Below, in pieces: positions 40,204-50,789 of a stretch of DNA of 64,000 nucleotides. Origin of the DNA: an uncultured Poribacteria bacterium. Lineage in GTDB: Bacteria; Poribacteria; WGA-4E; WGA-3G. Position 1 is the stretch's first letter; every line of letters starts with the position of its first letter. Made by a program: the position numbers and the translations under genes. The notes under the pieces are model-generated. The model was not told the origin of the DNA and ran no database searches. It saw only the letters and a program-made list of their open reading frames with translations. The DNA is taken from positions 3,200,001-3,264,000 of the forward strand of contig CATQHZ020000001.1 in assembly GCA_958296135.2 (NCBI GenBank), given 5' to 3'.

Positions 40204-40893
40204 ATGAAAATGAAACTGTTCCTGTGCGTGCTTTGTCTCGCGCTTTTTGCGGAAGGGCTGTTGCCCCAAACCGCACCGGTGGACGAAGCGACGAGGCTCA
40301 CCCAGGTAGAGTTGGCGTTAGGGCGACAAGCGGAGGACATCAGCGAAATCAAAAGGAGCTCGCGTACCGAGTTCATGTGGGCTGTCGGTTTAGTGCTCGC
40401 TATCTTTATCGCGGGGTATGCCTTAGTCCATCAGATGCGAACACAATTCAGTGATTTTATGGCGAAAATGGTGGATATGCACATACAAATGGTTGCCAAA
40501 ATGGCGGAGTTGCAGGGCAGCGTAGCCAACTTGCAGGCCGAGATGGTTCATCTGCGGAGTGCCGTAGACGTGAAAATCGCGAACCTACAGAGTGACATGA
40601 ACGCGAAGATCGGCACTCTGCAGAGTGACATGACTGTCAAAATGGCAGATTTGCGGAGCGATGTCGGCGACGTGAAAATCGATGTCGGCGGGCTAAAGAA
40701 GGATGTTGCAATCGTCCAAAACGATGTCCGCACGCTAAACGGAAAGGTTGACAGAATTGATGAGTATATGGCGGAAGTTGAACGCAGCACGGGGGCGCAG
40801 CTCACCGACATTCGCGAAACCCTCGCGAAGCAGCAGGAAATCAAATCCGACACCGAAACGCCGAAAACGGAGGCCGATTCCTTTGAACCATAG
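40204..40893 (+). CDS. signal peptide + TM + coiled-coil hypothetical protein
   Basis: AGGAGG RBS; KIANLQSDMNA-type 11-residue repeats. Confidence 0.7.
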   Translation: MKMKLFLCVLCLALFAEGLLPQTAPVDEATRLTQVELALGRQAEDISEIKRSSRTEFMWAVGLVLAIFIAGYALVHQMRTQFSDFMAKMVDMHIQMVAKMAELQGSVANLQAEMVHLRSAVDVKIANLQSDMNAKIGTLQSDMTVKMADLRSDVGDVKIDVGGLKKDVAIVQNDVRTLNGKVDRIDEYMAEVERSTGAQLTDIRETLAKQQEIKSDTETPKTEADSFEP

Positions 40894-40952
40894 GTAGCGG
40901 CTACCGGGCTCGGTAAAAAAAGGAGGGGCGGATGTCTCTATCCGCCCTGACA

Positions 40953-42194
40953 TCAATCCAACGCTGTAACAACCCCAATTCCGATGCACGAACCCATCTT
41001 CTTCACCTCAAACCGCGTTCCGACTTCCATCGCCAACGGTAAGTCAAGCGTAACGGTGACGCGCGCGTCCATCCCCGGTGTGACAATTGAAATATCTGGC
41101 GGCAGCTGGAGGTGCGTCGGCATGTCAATCCCCCATAAACGGAGAGCCGGTCTGTCGTTATCAACGAGCGGGATGTGCGTGCTGCTCTCTTCTTGCGTTA
41201 GGAGGTAGACAATCGCCGTAAACACGGAATGCGATTTGATAGTCTTCGGTGTGCAAAGCACCTGTCCTACAGCCAGCCAGTCCTGTTCGGCCTCCACGCG
41301 CGCTTCAGTTTGTTGCGATTCGGCGTTCGCTCCGACAGCACCTTGGGTGCCGAGGCACCGGGTCTTGATTCGCTCCCCTTTCCCGACGACATCGACTGCC
41401 TGTCCTACGGCGAGATGCCCTTGGACAATTTCGCCTTGAATCGAGACACTGTCGCGCGTCTCTTCGGTAATCTCATAAATCGGCATGATGAGCGGCAAGT
41501 CCGCGCGGTTGATAGGTTCCGGCATGTGCCGATTCATCGCGAAAACCAGGTCGACAATCGGTTTCCAATGCGCAGAGGTAAGTTTGTCGCCTTTGTAATT
41601 TAATGCTTTGCGCGCGTCGCCGATAATGATAGGAGCCGTTTCCGCTCTAAACATTGTCCCTCTAACAGGGTTTGAAAGGAGCGGTGTCTTTTCTTCTTTC
41701 CAGCCGCACTCGCTGAGCAGTTCCCGCATTTCCATCTGGCAGATGTCTAGCAGTTCATCGTCTTTCGGGATGCCGCCGGTATTGAGGAACGGAATCACGG
41801 GTGTCAGGTGAATCTGGCTGGCGAGGCGGAGAAGGGCCTCGGAGTCCGGTGTGATGCCTTCAACGGCGTTCACTATCCAAATCGCGCCCTGAATTGCAGG
41901 CGAGCCGCTCACGAGCATTTTGACGATATCCTGCTGCGTTTCACAATCGATTTGCGTATAAAATTTGCCGCTGGTTTCATAATCAACCGCGCGGTAGGTA
42001 ATGCCAACGCCTTCGCGAATCGGGTGGCGCATCGGGGTTTGTGCTTCAAAACTGCCATCGATATCGGTGTGGATAGCACCAATCCTGGCGACAACCCGTG
42101 CTATTGCGGCCGTTAACGTCGTTTTTCCGTGCCCTGGCGCGCCGAGTGTGCAGATAGGTAGGGCGCGGTGCGCGAGGGCTCTTTTCTGGTTCAT
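40953..42194 (-). CDS. degenerate EF-Tu-like protein
   Basis: GAPGHGKTTLTAAI, MEMRELLS, three-domain layout ending GIGVVT; G3/G4 motifs altered. Confidence 0.8.
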   Translation of the reverse strand: MNQKRALAHRALPICTLGAPGHGKTTLTAAIARVVARIGAIHTDIDGSFEAQTPMRHPIREGVGITYRAVDYETSGKFYTQIDCETQQDIVKMLVSGSPAIQGAIWIVNAVEGITPDSEALLRLASQIHLTPVIPFLNTGGIPKDDELLDICQMEMRELLSECGWKEEKTPLLSNPVRGTMFRAETAPIIIGDARKALNYKGDKLTSAHWKPIVDLVFAMNRHMPEPINRADLPLIMPIYEITEETRDSVSIQGEIVQGHLAVGQAVDVVGKGERIKTRCLGTQGAVGANAESQQTEARVEAEQDWLAVGQVLCTPKTIKSHSVFTAIVYLLTQEESSTHIPLVDNDRPALRLWGIDMPTHLQLPPDISIVTPGMDARVTVTLDLPLAMEVGTRFEVKKMGSCIGIGVVTALD

Positions 42195-42371
42195 CGGTTT
42201 CTCCTTGTTGATGTTATACGAAATTAATCTGATGCGTCCCGCGTCTGTAGGAAAACCAGAGCGTCGGGTCTTGCCCTATTCGGGTTTCCTGCGAATCAGG
42301 GCGAGCCCGAACGACTCAGGTGAATTATGAATATTATAGCAGAAATTCGCGTATTGTGCAATAATACTATC

Positions 42372-42866
42372 ATGTTACGTTCAAAGATTTACTATCGCAA
42401 TGAACTTGCGCCGCTCCTTCAGAATGCCAAAGCCGATGGGAAAGTCGTCGTCACGACAAACGGGTGCTTTGACGTGCTACATCTAGGCCATCTCCGCTAT
42501 CTTCAAGCCGCGCGAGAGCTCGGAGAGCTGCTGGTTGTCGCGGTGAACAGCGATAGTTCGGTTCGGCAGCTCAAGGGCGAAAACCGGCCGCTTGTCCCTG
42601 AAGCAGAGCGCGCGGAAATGCTCGCGGGCTTGGAATGCGTTGACTACGTCGTTATCTTCCCCGAATTAACGCCGGTCGAGTTGCTTGCCGAGCTCAAGCC
42701 GAGCATTCATGTCAAAGGCGGCGACTATAAATTGGCGGAGCTTGTTGAGAGAGAAGTCGTTGAGGCACATGGCGGCAAGGTTATCGTCGGGCTAAACGTC
42801 CCCGGCAAATCCACAACGAATCTCATCCAAGTTATCTGTGAACGGTATAACCCAAGAATTAGGTGA
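42372..42866 (+). CDS. rfaE2: D-glycero-beta-D-manno-heptose 1-phosphate adenylyltransferase
   Basis: TNGCFDVLHLGH, NSDSSV, KGGDY, STT. Confidence 0.88.
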   Translation: MLRSKIYYRNELAPLLQNAKADGKVVVTTNGCFDVLHLGHLRYLQAARELGELLVVAVNSDSSVRQLKGENRPLVPEAERAEMLAGLECVDYVVIFPELTPVELLAELKPSIHVKGGDYKLAELVEREVVEAHGGKVIVGLNVPGKSTTNLIQVICERYNPRIR

Positions 42867-42965
42867 GAGCGTCTCGCCTCTGTAGTTCAAGACCGCGGCT
42901 CTTGAACCCCTGTTCGGAATCGGGAGAGCCCAAACTACAGCGCAGCCGACAAACAAAAAAGGATA

Positions 42966-44423
42966 ATGAAAATGCGCATCAACAATTCATTGACAGTTCA
43001 GGAACTAAAACCCTACATTGAAAGGCTTTTTGAACTCTCCGGCAAAAAGATTCTAGCGATTGAGGAAACGTGGCCCGCCGAAAAAGGCACCCCTGTCTTC
43101 ACCGTCGCAGGCACCTGGACAACGCGCGGGTGGACGGAATGGACGCAAGGCTTCCAATTCGGTTCTGCCATTCTCCAATTCGAGGCGACTGGCGATGAAC
43201 AGTTTCTTGAACTCGGCAGGCAGAACACCATTGAGAAGATGGCACCGCACGTCACGCACATCGGTGTCCACGACCACGGGTTCAACAACGTATCCACGTA
43301 CGGCAACCTCCGCCGTTTAATGCGGGAACGCATCATCCCGTGGAACGACGGTGAGATGCACTTTTATGAGCTCGCCTTGAAAGCCTCCGCAGCCGTGCAG
43401 GCGAGCCGATGGACACCTATTCAAGGGCGTTTGCAAAGCGCGTCTACCGGAGAAGATGGAGCGGGGTATATCTACTCCTTCAACGGGCCGCACTCCCTCT
43501 TTTCGGATACCATTCGTTCGCTGCGGGTATTAGGACTTGGACATACCCTCGGCGCAGTCCTCATGGGCGAAGGCGATGTGCCGATTTCGCTGTTAGAACG
43601 CCTGCTCCACCATTCCGAGACAACAGCTACCTATAATGTCTACTACGGCGAGGGGCGCGATGCTTATGATTTACGCGGGCGCGTCGTCCACGAATCTATA
43701 TTCAATACCAACGATGGCAATTACCGGTGTCCGAGCACGCAACAAGGATATTCGCCGTTTACGACGTGGACGCGCGGGCTCGCGTGGATTATCACCGGCT
43801 ACGCCGAACAGCTTGAGTTTTTTGATACGCTGAGCGAAGATGATATTGCGCAGGGATGTCAAGACCGGGAGGGCTCTCCTACTGAGGGGAATCGAGACCG
43901 GGAGGTCTCTCCTACGGGGATAATAACGGCGCACATGCGCAAGGCGGCGGAGACAACCGCCGATTTCTATATTAAAAATACCGCGCAGGATGGGATTCCG
44001 TATTGGGACACGGGTGCCCCCGGATTAGCGCAACTCGGCGGTTATTTGGAAACACCCGCTGATCCGTTTAACGACGTTGAACCGGTGGATAGTTCCGCTG
44101 CAGCCATCGCCGCGCAGGGATTAATCCGCCTCGGCAATTACCTTAAAAAACATGGTGAGCCTGAGGCGGGGCAAACCTACTATCAGGCCGGGTTGACAGT
44201 AGCGAAGACGCTTTTCGCCGCGCCGTATCTTTCCGAATCGGAGGCGCATCAGGGGTTGCTTTTGCATTCGGTGTATCATCGTCCGAATGGGTGGGATTAT
44301 GTGCCGGAGGGCAGGCAGATTCCGTGCGGCGAGGCATCGATGTGGGGTGATTATCACGCGCGGGAGTTGGCACTGTTGTTGTCGCGGGAAATTGAGGGGA
44401 AGCCGTATTTGACGTTTTTCTGA
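42966..44423 (+). CDS. GH88-like unsaturated glucuronyl hydrolase
   Basis: HDHGF, WTRGLAW, DSSAAAI, WGDY. Confidence 0.8.
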   Translation: MKMRINNSLTVQELKPYIERLFELSGKKILAIEETWPAEKGTPVFTVAGTWTTRGWTEWTQGFQFGSAILQFEATGDEQFLELGRQNTIEKMAPHVTHIGVHDHGFNNVSTYGNLRRLMRERIIPWNDGEMHFYELALKASAAVQASRWTPIQGRLQSASTGEDGAGYIYSFNGPHSLFSDTIRSLRVLGLGHTLGAVLMGEGDVPISLLERLLHHSETTATYNVYYGEGRDAYDLRGRVVHESIFNTNDGNYRCPSTQQGYSPFTTWTRGLAWIITGYAEQLEFFDTLSEDDIAQGCQDREGSPTEGNRDREVSPTGIITAHMRKAAETTADFYIKNTAQDGIPYWDTGAPGLAQLGGYLETPADPFNDVEPVDSSAAAIAAQGLIRLGNYLKKHGEPEAGQTYYQAGLTVAKTLFAAPYLSESEAHQGLLLHSVYHRPNGWDYVPEGRQIPCGEASMWGDYHARELALLLSREIEGKPYLTFF

Positions 44424-44440
44424 GAAGAGCGTCTGTTTCA

Positions 44441-45080
44441 CCGTAGGGCGATGGGCTGTGCCTCGCCAGGCCTCGGTCGTCACAGAACCTCACGCCAAGG
44501 ACGTTTTTCGCGTAGGTCGGGAGATCGCGAGGGACAGTGGACATCTCTGCAGCGGGACTGCAGAGATGACAAAGTTTCGGCGTAACGGCCCTCGCGCTAC
44601 GGCTAAATCCCGCTCCTTCCACCGTAGGGCGAGGGCCTGTCCCTCGCCAGGCATCGGTCTAAAGAAAACGCCCGGGCCTCTGGGCTGCGGACGGTTTTCG
44701 TGTCGGTTGAAAGATCGCGAGGGACAGGCCCCCGCGCTACGTTCAAAGAAGGCGGTTTTCTTCGGGGGATCGCGGGGGACAGGCCCCCGCGCTACGGCTA
44801 AGTCCCGCTCCTTCCACCGTAGGGCGAGGGCCTGTCCCTCGCCAGGCATCGGTCTAAAGAAAACGCCCGGGCCTCTGGGCTGCGGACGGTTTTCGCGTAG
44901 GTCGGGAGATCGCGGGGGACAGGCCCCCGCGCTACGGTTCAAGTGCGGTTTGCGTTAGGCTCGCGGGGGACAGTGGACATCTCTGCAGCGAGGCAGCAGA
45001 GATGACAAAGTTTCGGCGTAACGGCCCCCGCACTACGATGAAAAAAGAAAATCGCGGGGGATAGGCCCCCGCGCTACGCA
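44441..45080. repeat. mosaic REP array with ~108-bp internal duplication
   Basis: 44593-44700 is near-identical to 44788-44895; many GGGACAGGCCCCCGCGCTAC units; GGGACAGTGGACATCTCTGCAGCG also at ~36848. Confidence 0.9.
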
Positions 45081-45104
45081 CTCCGGACGTTTTTCGTTAT
45101 AGCG

Positions 45105-48100
45105 TTAAAGCTCCGCGCTAACGCTCATCTCTAATCGATGCTCCGGTTTCCGTTGCTGAGTCGAGAGCAGGCGGTAGTTAACCCGAAACAGCAGGTCTGT
45201 GAATTTGCGCAACCGATAATCGGCAATCATGCGCACCTCATGGCTAATGCCTTCGTAAAAATAATACTGCGCAATCGGCACGCCGCCTTCACTCTCGCCA
45301 TAGCCGAGCTTGTAATTGAAATCGATCCGTCCCTGGCCGATAAGGCTATACGTGACGCGATTTTCAAACGAAAAAGTTCGAGTTTTTGCCTCAGGTTCTT
45401 CGTCCAGATGCTCCAAATCCGTGGTGCGTTTGTAGCCGCCGATACCGCTCCATCGCACCGCGCGGCTCAGTTGATATTGCAGATTCAGCTCTGTCTGCTG
45501 CTCAACTTGCCGTAGATCGGAGATAGGCGTCGGCGGTAACGGGCTCGGGCGAGCCTGCTCTATATCCGTTTCGGTAGGGTCCCCAGGCTCTGAAACATCC
45601 AAGCGCGCTACTTCATGGAGTTGGCTATACTTCTCCTTTTCCCGGCGTTGTTCCCAATTTATCCCGACAGAAAGACGTGCTGTTGGATTGACTGACAGCG
45701 CAACCTCCCATGTTCGGTGCTGCCTGTTGCGTTCCTGCGTGTTAATCCGGCGGTTGAGCGTCCGGCCAAGACGCAGGTTGAACTCAAAACTGAATTGCGG
45801 CGAAGGCGAAAATTCTAGCCGATAGTGCTGATTGACGCGCCCGAAAAGCGTTTGTGAACCTTGCAGGTTTTGGAGCAAATAGAGGGATGCCGCATCTGCT
45901 GCCTCTTGTTCCTCTGTTAGCCACACGCGCGTTTGCCCCCGGAGCGCGTTGAGAAACCACTCAAGTCTACTGCGCTCATACACGGAAGTAAATCGAGACC
46001 GGGAGGGCTCTCCTACTGGGGAACCGGTGGGCGCGCTTTGCAAGCGGGCACTACCACTAGTCACCCTCTCCCCACCGGTGGCGCGAAGACCGGTTCCTCG
46101 CGTCCGTTCCCGCCTCGCAAAAAACTGCCGCGGTTGAAAACGCAGCCTGAACGCCGCATCGATTGCAGTTGTCGGTTTATCGCCAACGTTCTGGTAGATT
46201 TTGATATGCGTGCCTTCCTCCAGGTCCTCCGCATAGTGCAAGTCGTCTAATTTGACGAAATATCCCTCTCCCGGCAGGAGCCTGCGGCCCGTGTGCGGGT
46301 GAATATCGGTGTAAATTTCCCGGCGTTGCGTCGTCAGTTTCTTATCCAATTCATAAGTAATCTCCACATCAAGCGCGCGGCTCAGGGGCGTGAGGTGGAG
46401 CGCGATGTCCGCCAGCTGCGTCGTCGTATCCGTTCCCAGTTCGGTATGCGCTTTCAGCCTCCGCCGCGCAAGGTTCGTCGTCAGATTTACCCACTTTCCC
46501 TGTTGCGAAAAGATACCCATCTTCCATGTCCGTGCTGTCGTATCCCGCTTCCAGTCTGAAATGCCCAATGCCTCCCCATCTAAAGCGAGTAAGGCCTCTT
46601 TAGCGAAGGCACTTTCAAGCTCATAACTCGTGTTGAGGGATGCCCATTTGAATCCGACCAGGTTGATACGCCCAGTTGAGCGAGTCCGTCTTCGGTTGCG
46701 GATAGCGTTCTGGGCATCGTTAGATGCTAAACGGCCCAGGGTGCCACTCATTTCAAACGGACCGAGGGGATAAGCGAGGTTGCCCTCCTGCCGCGATTTA
46801 CGAAACGTTTCCTCAGCATCCTCGCTTTGCATCATGACGTTACTACGATAGTCATCCCATCGGAGATTCGGCAGAAACTTGCGCCAATCGCTCCTAGTAA
46901 CCTCGGTTCCTCTTTCTTTCTCGCTATCAGAGAAGGAATTTGCTTGATTTTTTCCCGTGCCAAGCTCGCTCCTTAACCCATAGGACAGGGGCATGCCCCT
47001 CGCTGTACCGCCGCCGTAGGCACGCGCGCCCGAGTACGATGCCCGCCGATTGAAGTTAACCCCCCAGTTGAAATTATTGCGACGGGTTGTTGCCTCCATC
47101 CGGTCTGCCCGTGAGTTTGCCGTGTTGATTGTCCTATCCTGTTCTACACTCCTACCAAGCCCCGCGTCCACTTCTAACCAAGCGGCTGGCATCCCGCGCA
47201 AATCGAAGTTGATTGCCGTTTCATCGGTGCTCTTAGGGGCCGTCCCTCGCGACTGCAACAGAAACGCATCGTCAAACCCTTCTTTGGCATACTGCGTCTC
47301 ATAGCGGGCACGGGTACGGTTGCTACTTGATGCACCCACCGGCACGAAGCCTGCATCCATCGCGCGGATATCCAAATTCGCCGTTAACTTTTCCCAACCT
47401 GCATAACCGAGAAGTTTCCATGCCTGACTTACCTCTTTCCGGTCTGCTGTAGAATAGGTATTTTTGTCCACCGCGCTAGACGCAAATTGCCCTTCCATCC
47501 ACATCTTCTCGGTGAGATTCAGACGACTTTCCACCCCCCAGACAGTATGTTTCTGCGGCGCGGTGAGGAGACTCCCATCTCCATCCGGATCGAGGATATT
47601 TTGGCGCAGTGCATCCACATCCTCATCGTTAAGAATAATGAGTGCTTGCTCCGGTTGATTCAGATCTGTCTCGACAGCATAAGAGACACCGAAGGAAAAC
47701 CGGTCTCCGGGCAGCGTGAAAACCGAATTGATGCCGTAAAGATTCTGCTGATAAGCCCGGTCTTCCGGGATATATTCAAAGTCCACGCGGATGACATCGT
47801 TGCGGGTGATAAGGTGTTTGCTATTGAATTCTATAATCGGATCCCCGTATTCCCGGATGACATAATCGTTATTCTCGCCGCGCCGCATCTTCTCGCCGTT
47901 CAGCCAGACAATCTCACTGCCGGCTTTCACGATAACATACTCGCCATCAACCGAGAGCCGATATTCGCTGCGTCCCTCTTCCCCAGGGATGACAAGGCTG
48001 GTGGATTGCCCCTTCGGCAGCGCACTCGGAATCAGATGAAAGCGTCCCCATGAAAACTCGCCATCAACTTGGACACCCTCTAACGCGCGCGGAAAGAAAA

Positions 48101-48911
48101 TGAACTCTGACGAACCGAGCGAGCCTTCAAAATCCCCCAAAGTGCCACTCACGTTCGGATGCGTGATGCGAATTAACTTCTGATCGATGTCTTGGATGTT
48201 TTCTGTTGTTCCCTCCGGTTGGATAGGCAAATCCTGATCGGACAACATGGCGAGGACACTGATATTATCGGAGACTTTCCCCTCAACGTTGATGCGAAGT
48301 TCCTGATTCTGCGACACGGCGCGGCCGCTCCCCACCGAAATGCCGAATGTCTGACTCCCAGAAACCTCCAATTCGGAAGAGGGATCCGGCCGAGCCCCAA
48401 CGTCTTGTCCTACGATACCAGGCGATGCTACCGTTATCTCCGGTTTGTCGTCCAACAATTCATCCCCCGGACCCAAAAAGGAGCGTTTATATACCCGTTC
48501 AATGGCAAAGGGCAAAGCGCGGTAAGTTATCGTCACGTTTAACACAGAGCCCGCTTGTGCTTTATCTGGTGCTGTAAGACGAAATTGCAAGATTTTGTCT
48601 TTTTCTATCGTAATTTTCCCCGCATAGAAATCAATCTGGTAATCTACACCTCTCACCAGCACGATGCCGTTCGATGTCGTCATTTTTTCGCTATTGGGAA
48701 GAATAGGGGGATACTTGACTGTGAATTCGGGCAGCACTGCCGTAAGTTGAAACGATTCCACCTTTTGGAGAACGGAGAATGTCGGCAGAGCGAGAGAACC
48801 CTCCGTTCTTCCTAAAGCGGGTGCCATGCCCAAACAGCATGCGAGGAAAAGGAGAAGGATGCGCAAATCAGAGCCCCTCTTAACAACTTCGCGCGAGAAC
48901 CTGTCCCTCAC
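45105..48911 (-). CDS. large exported, probably outer-membrane beta-barrel protein
   Basis: 1268 aa, signal-like N-terminus, GVDYQIDF, LSDQDLPIQPEG, amphipathic beta strands. Confidence 0.65.
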   Translation of the reverse strand: MRDRFSREVVKRGSDLRILLLFLACCLGMAPALGRTEGSLALPTFSVLQKVESFQLTAVLPEFTVKYPPILPNSEKMTTSNGIVLVRGVDYQIDFYAGKITIEKDKILQFRLTAPDKAQAGSVLNVTITYRALPFAIERVYKRSFLGPGDELLDDKPEITVASPGIVGQDVGARPDPSSELEVSGSQTFGISVGSGRAVSQNQELRINVEGKVSDNISVLAMLSDQDLPIQPEGTTENIQDIDQKLIRITHPNVSGTLGDFEGSLGSSEFIFFPRALEGVQVDGEFSWGRFHLIPSALPKGQSTSLVIPGEEGRSEYRLSVDGEYVIVKAGSEIVWLNGEKMRRGENNDYVIREYGDPIIEFNSKHLITRNDVIRVDFEYIPEDRAYQQNLYGINSVFTLPGDRFSFGVSYAVETDLNQPEQALIILNDEDVDALRQNILDPDGDGSLLTAPQKHTVWGVESRLNLTEKMWMEGQFASSAVDKNTYSTADRKEVSQAWKLLGYAGWEKLTANLDIRAMDAGFVPVGASSSNRTRARYETQYAKEGFDDAFLLQSRGTAPKSTDETAINFDLRGMPAAWLEVDAGLGRSVEQDRTINTANSRADRMEATTRRNNFNWGVNFNRRASYSGARAYGGGTARGMPLSYGLRSELGTGKNQANSFSDSEKERGTEVTRSDWRKFLPNLRWDDYRSNVMMQSEDAEETFRKSRQEGNLAYPLGPFEMSGTLGRLASNDAQNAIRNRRRTRSTGRINLVGFKWASLNTSYELESAFAKEALLALDGEALGISDWKRDTTARTWKMGIFSQQGKWVNLTTNLARRRLKAHTELGTDTTTQLADIALHLTPLSRALDVEITYELDKKLTTQRREIYTDIHPHTGRRLLPGEGYFVKLDDLHYAEDLEEGTHIKIYQNVGDKPTTAIDAAFRLRFQPRQFFARRERTRGTGLRATGGERVTSGSARLQSAPTGSPVGEPSRSRFTSVYERSRLEWFLNALRGQTRVWLTEEQEAADAASLYLLQNLQGSQTLFGRVNQHYRLEFSPSPQFSFEFNLRLGRTLNRRINTQERNRQHRTWEVALSVNPTARLSVGINWEQRREKEKYSQLHEVARLDVSEPGDPTETDIEQARPSPLPPTPISDLRQVEQQTELNLQYQLSRAVRWSGIGGYKRTTDLEHLDEEPEAKTRTFSFENRVTYSLIGQGRIDFNYKLGYGESEGGVPIAQYYFYEGISHEVRMIADYRLRKFTDLLFRVNYRLLSTQQRKPEHRLEMSVSAEL

Positions 48912-48951
48912 GCTCCTGCCAGAACAAACGCAACAAAGTCACAAGAAGACG

Positions 48952-50082
48952 TTATTGCCCTGAAGACGTATCCGAACGCTCTGCACCACTATAAAAAACC
49001 TGGAACACCTTGATGTCATGCGCTTCGGCATCGCTGACGAACATGCGCCCCGTTTTTGAGACAGCAATCCCCGCAGGTTCAAGCAGTGCATCGACACGCA
49101 ATTCCGTGACGCTCAAACCGGCCGGCGTGAAAACTTGGACGCGTCGATTCGCACTATCGGTAACGTAAAGGTAATTCCATTCGTCAAGCGCGATTCGCTT
49201 CGGTTCACGGAATTCGCCGCGCGCGCGCCCTTCGCCGCCCCACTGATGGACAAGATTGCCGCTGAAATCGTATTTTTTGATGAGATGGTTGCCGGTATCA
49301 ACGATATAGAGGTTGCCGTGCGCGTCAACGCCCAAGTCTGTCGCGTGCCAAAGGTGCTCCGTCCCGCTACCGAAACTGCCGCGCACTCGCACCGGTAACC
49401 CTTCAATGTTAAATTGCAGCCAGCGATGGTTGCCGGTGTCAACCACGTAAACATCGCCGTTCCTACCGATACCGATGCCCTCCGGCCGGTCCAGCGCGAC
49501 ATGGGTTTCAGAAACAGAGGTTCCACCTACCTGCAGTGGATAAAAAATCTCATCAACGAGATTGCAGTATTGCACTCGATTATTGCCCGTATCGGCAACG
49601 TAGAGGCGGTAACTCCGTTGAAAGCTGAGGGCGATGTCGGTGGGCGTATCAAATTCGCCTACGCGCCACCCACGGCTCCCGAATTCGGTGATGAAATTCC
49701 CAGACGTGTCAATAACCTGCACTCGATTATTACCCGCATCGGCAACGTAGAGCCACCCCTGTCCAGATAGGGCAAGTCCCATAGGCATCAGGAACTCAGC
49801 TGGCCCCTGTCCGGGCCTGCCATAAGTTCCAATATAGTGAATCCCGACGATACGCGGCGTTTCCCGCTCGCGATTGGAGGAACGTATCTGAATCTCTTCA
49901 GATTGCGGCAGCGTGCTGCAACCGAGGCAGACACCAAGCAGGAGACAGGCGAGCACGCGTCTGCTCTGGTAGGCGCGCTTTGAAAGCGCACACGGATAAT
50001 CGTAAAAAAGTAGCATCAAAAACGAAGTCATCGACAACGTCGGTAACGGGTGACGTAAAGCCATGTTATTGCACCCACTCAC
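48952..50082 (-). CDS. NHL-repeat beta-propeller lipoprotein (true start probably downstream of 50082)
   Basis: Repeated LYVADxGNNRVQ; CLGC lipobox-like motif. Confidence 0.85.
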   Translation of the reverse strand: MSGCNNMALRHPLPTLSMTSFLMLLFYDYPCALSKRAYQSRRVLACLLLGVCLGCSTLPQSEEIQIRSSNRERETPRIVGIHYIGTYGRPGQGPAEFLMPMGLALSGQGWLYVADAGNNRVQVIDTSGNFITEFGSRGWRVGEFDTPTDIALSFQRSYRLYVADTGNNRVQYCNLVDEIFYPLQVGGTSVSETHVALDRPEGIGIGRNGDVYVVDTGNHRWLQFNIEGLPVRVRGSFGSGTEHLWHATDLGVDAHGNLYIVDTGNHLIKKYDFSGNLVHQWGGEGRARGEFREPKRIALDEWNYLYVTDSANRRVQVFTPAGLSVTELRVDALLEPAGIAVSKTGRMFVSDAEAHDIKVFQVFYSGAERSDTSSGQ

Positions 50083-50639
50083 GTAGCCATCTGATTGTGG
50101 AACTGTGGTGGCAATTCAATCATCGCCTTATTGAGGAGAACCGGCAGGGGATTGAGGTCGGACGCACGAGCGCGCAAACCTAGCCGCTGTGCTTCTAGCG
50201 GAATGGAGCCGCCACAAAACGCATCATAGATGGCAGGGCAGTGTTCACCGAGGTATCGCAACACTTCATCGGGGTTCGTAGGGGCCGCTTCACCTGAGTC
50301 GCGTGCGACAGCGCGCGCAATCTCGTAGCGTGCTTCTGCCAAGAGGCTTTCATCGTTGCTGTTCTTCCAGCGAATAAGCCGCCTCACGGTGCCGTGGAGC
50401 CGGTTGCGTTCTGCGCTCTGAGCCCCTTCGGTAGGAAATTCGTCTGGACATGACGAGGGCTCGTCCACCAAACTGGCGAAAATGCAAGCGCGGCAGGATG
50501 CAAGCGGGCGGCGCGCCCAATATCTATGCAGCGTTGAGGGATGCCCAAGTTTTGAGCCTCTTTTCTCGCTGGGTCCTTCTTGATTGATAGCCTCCAGAGG
50601 CAGGCTCACCTCTATGAGTTTCTTTCGGTGTGTGGACAT
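50079..50639 (-). pseudogene. truncated DUF1156-family DNA methylase
   Basis: KKLIEVSLPL, LHRYWARRPL, degenerate DAFCGGSIPLE; ends at 186 aa without catalytic motif IV. Confidence 0.8.
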
Positions 50640-50789
50640 GATGCGTTATACCAAATGACGTTGATTTGTCTCGCGTCTATAGGCGGAGACTCGCCTGCTC
50701 TTGACTGTTACGCCTAAACACTGGTATCTCTGCTGGGGCATGTCAACAGGAAAGACATCGATTCGCGGTTTTCCTGAAACGACAAAAAA

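Noticed and set aside
44458-44958. ORFs of 166 and 150 aa over the repeat array
   Set aside because: Translations of REP repeats with no RBS or protein features
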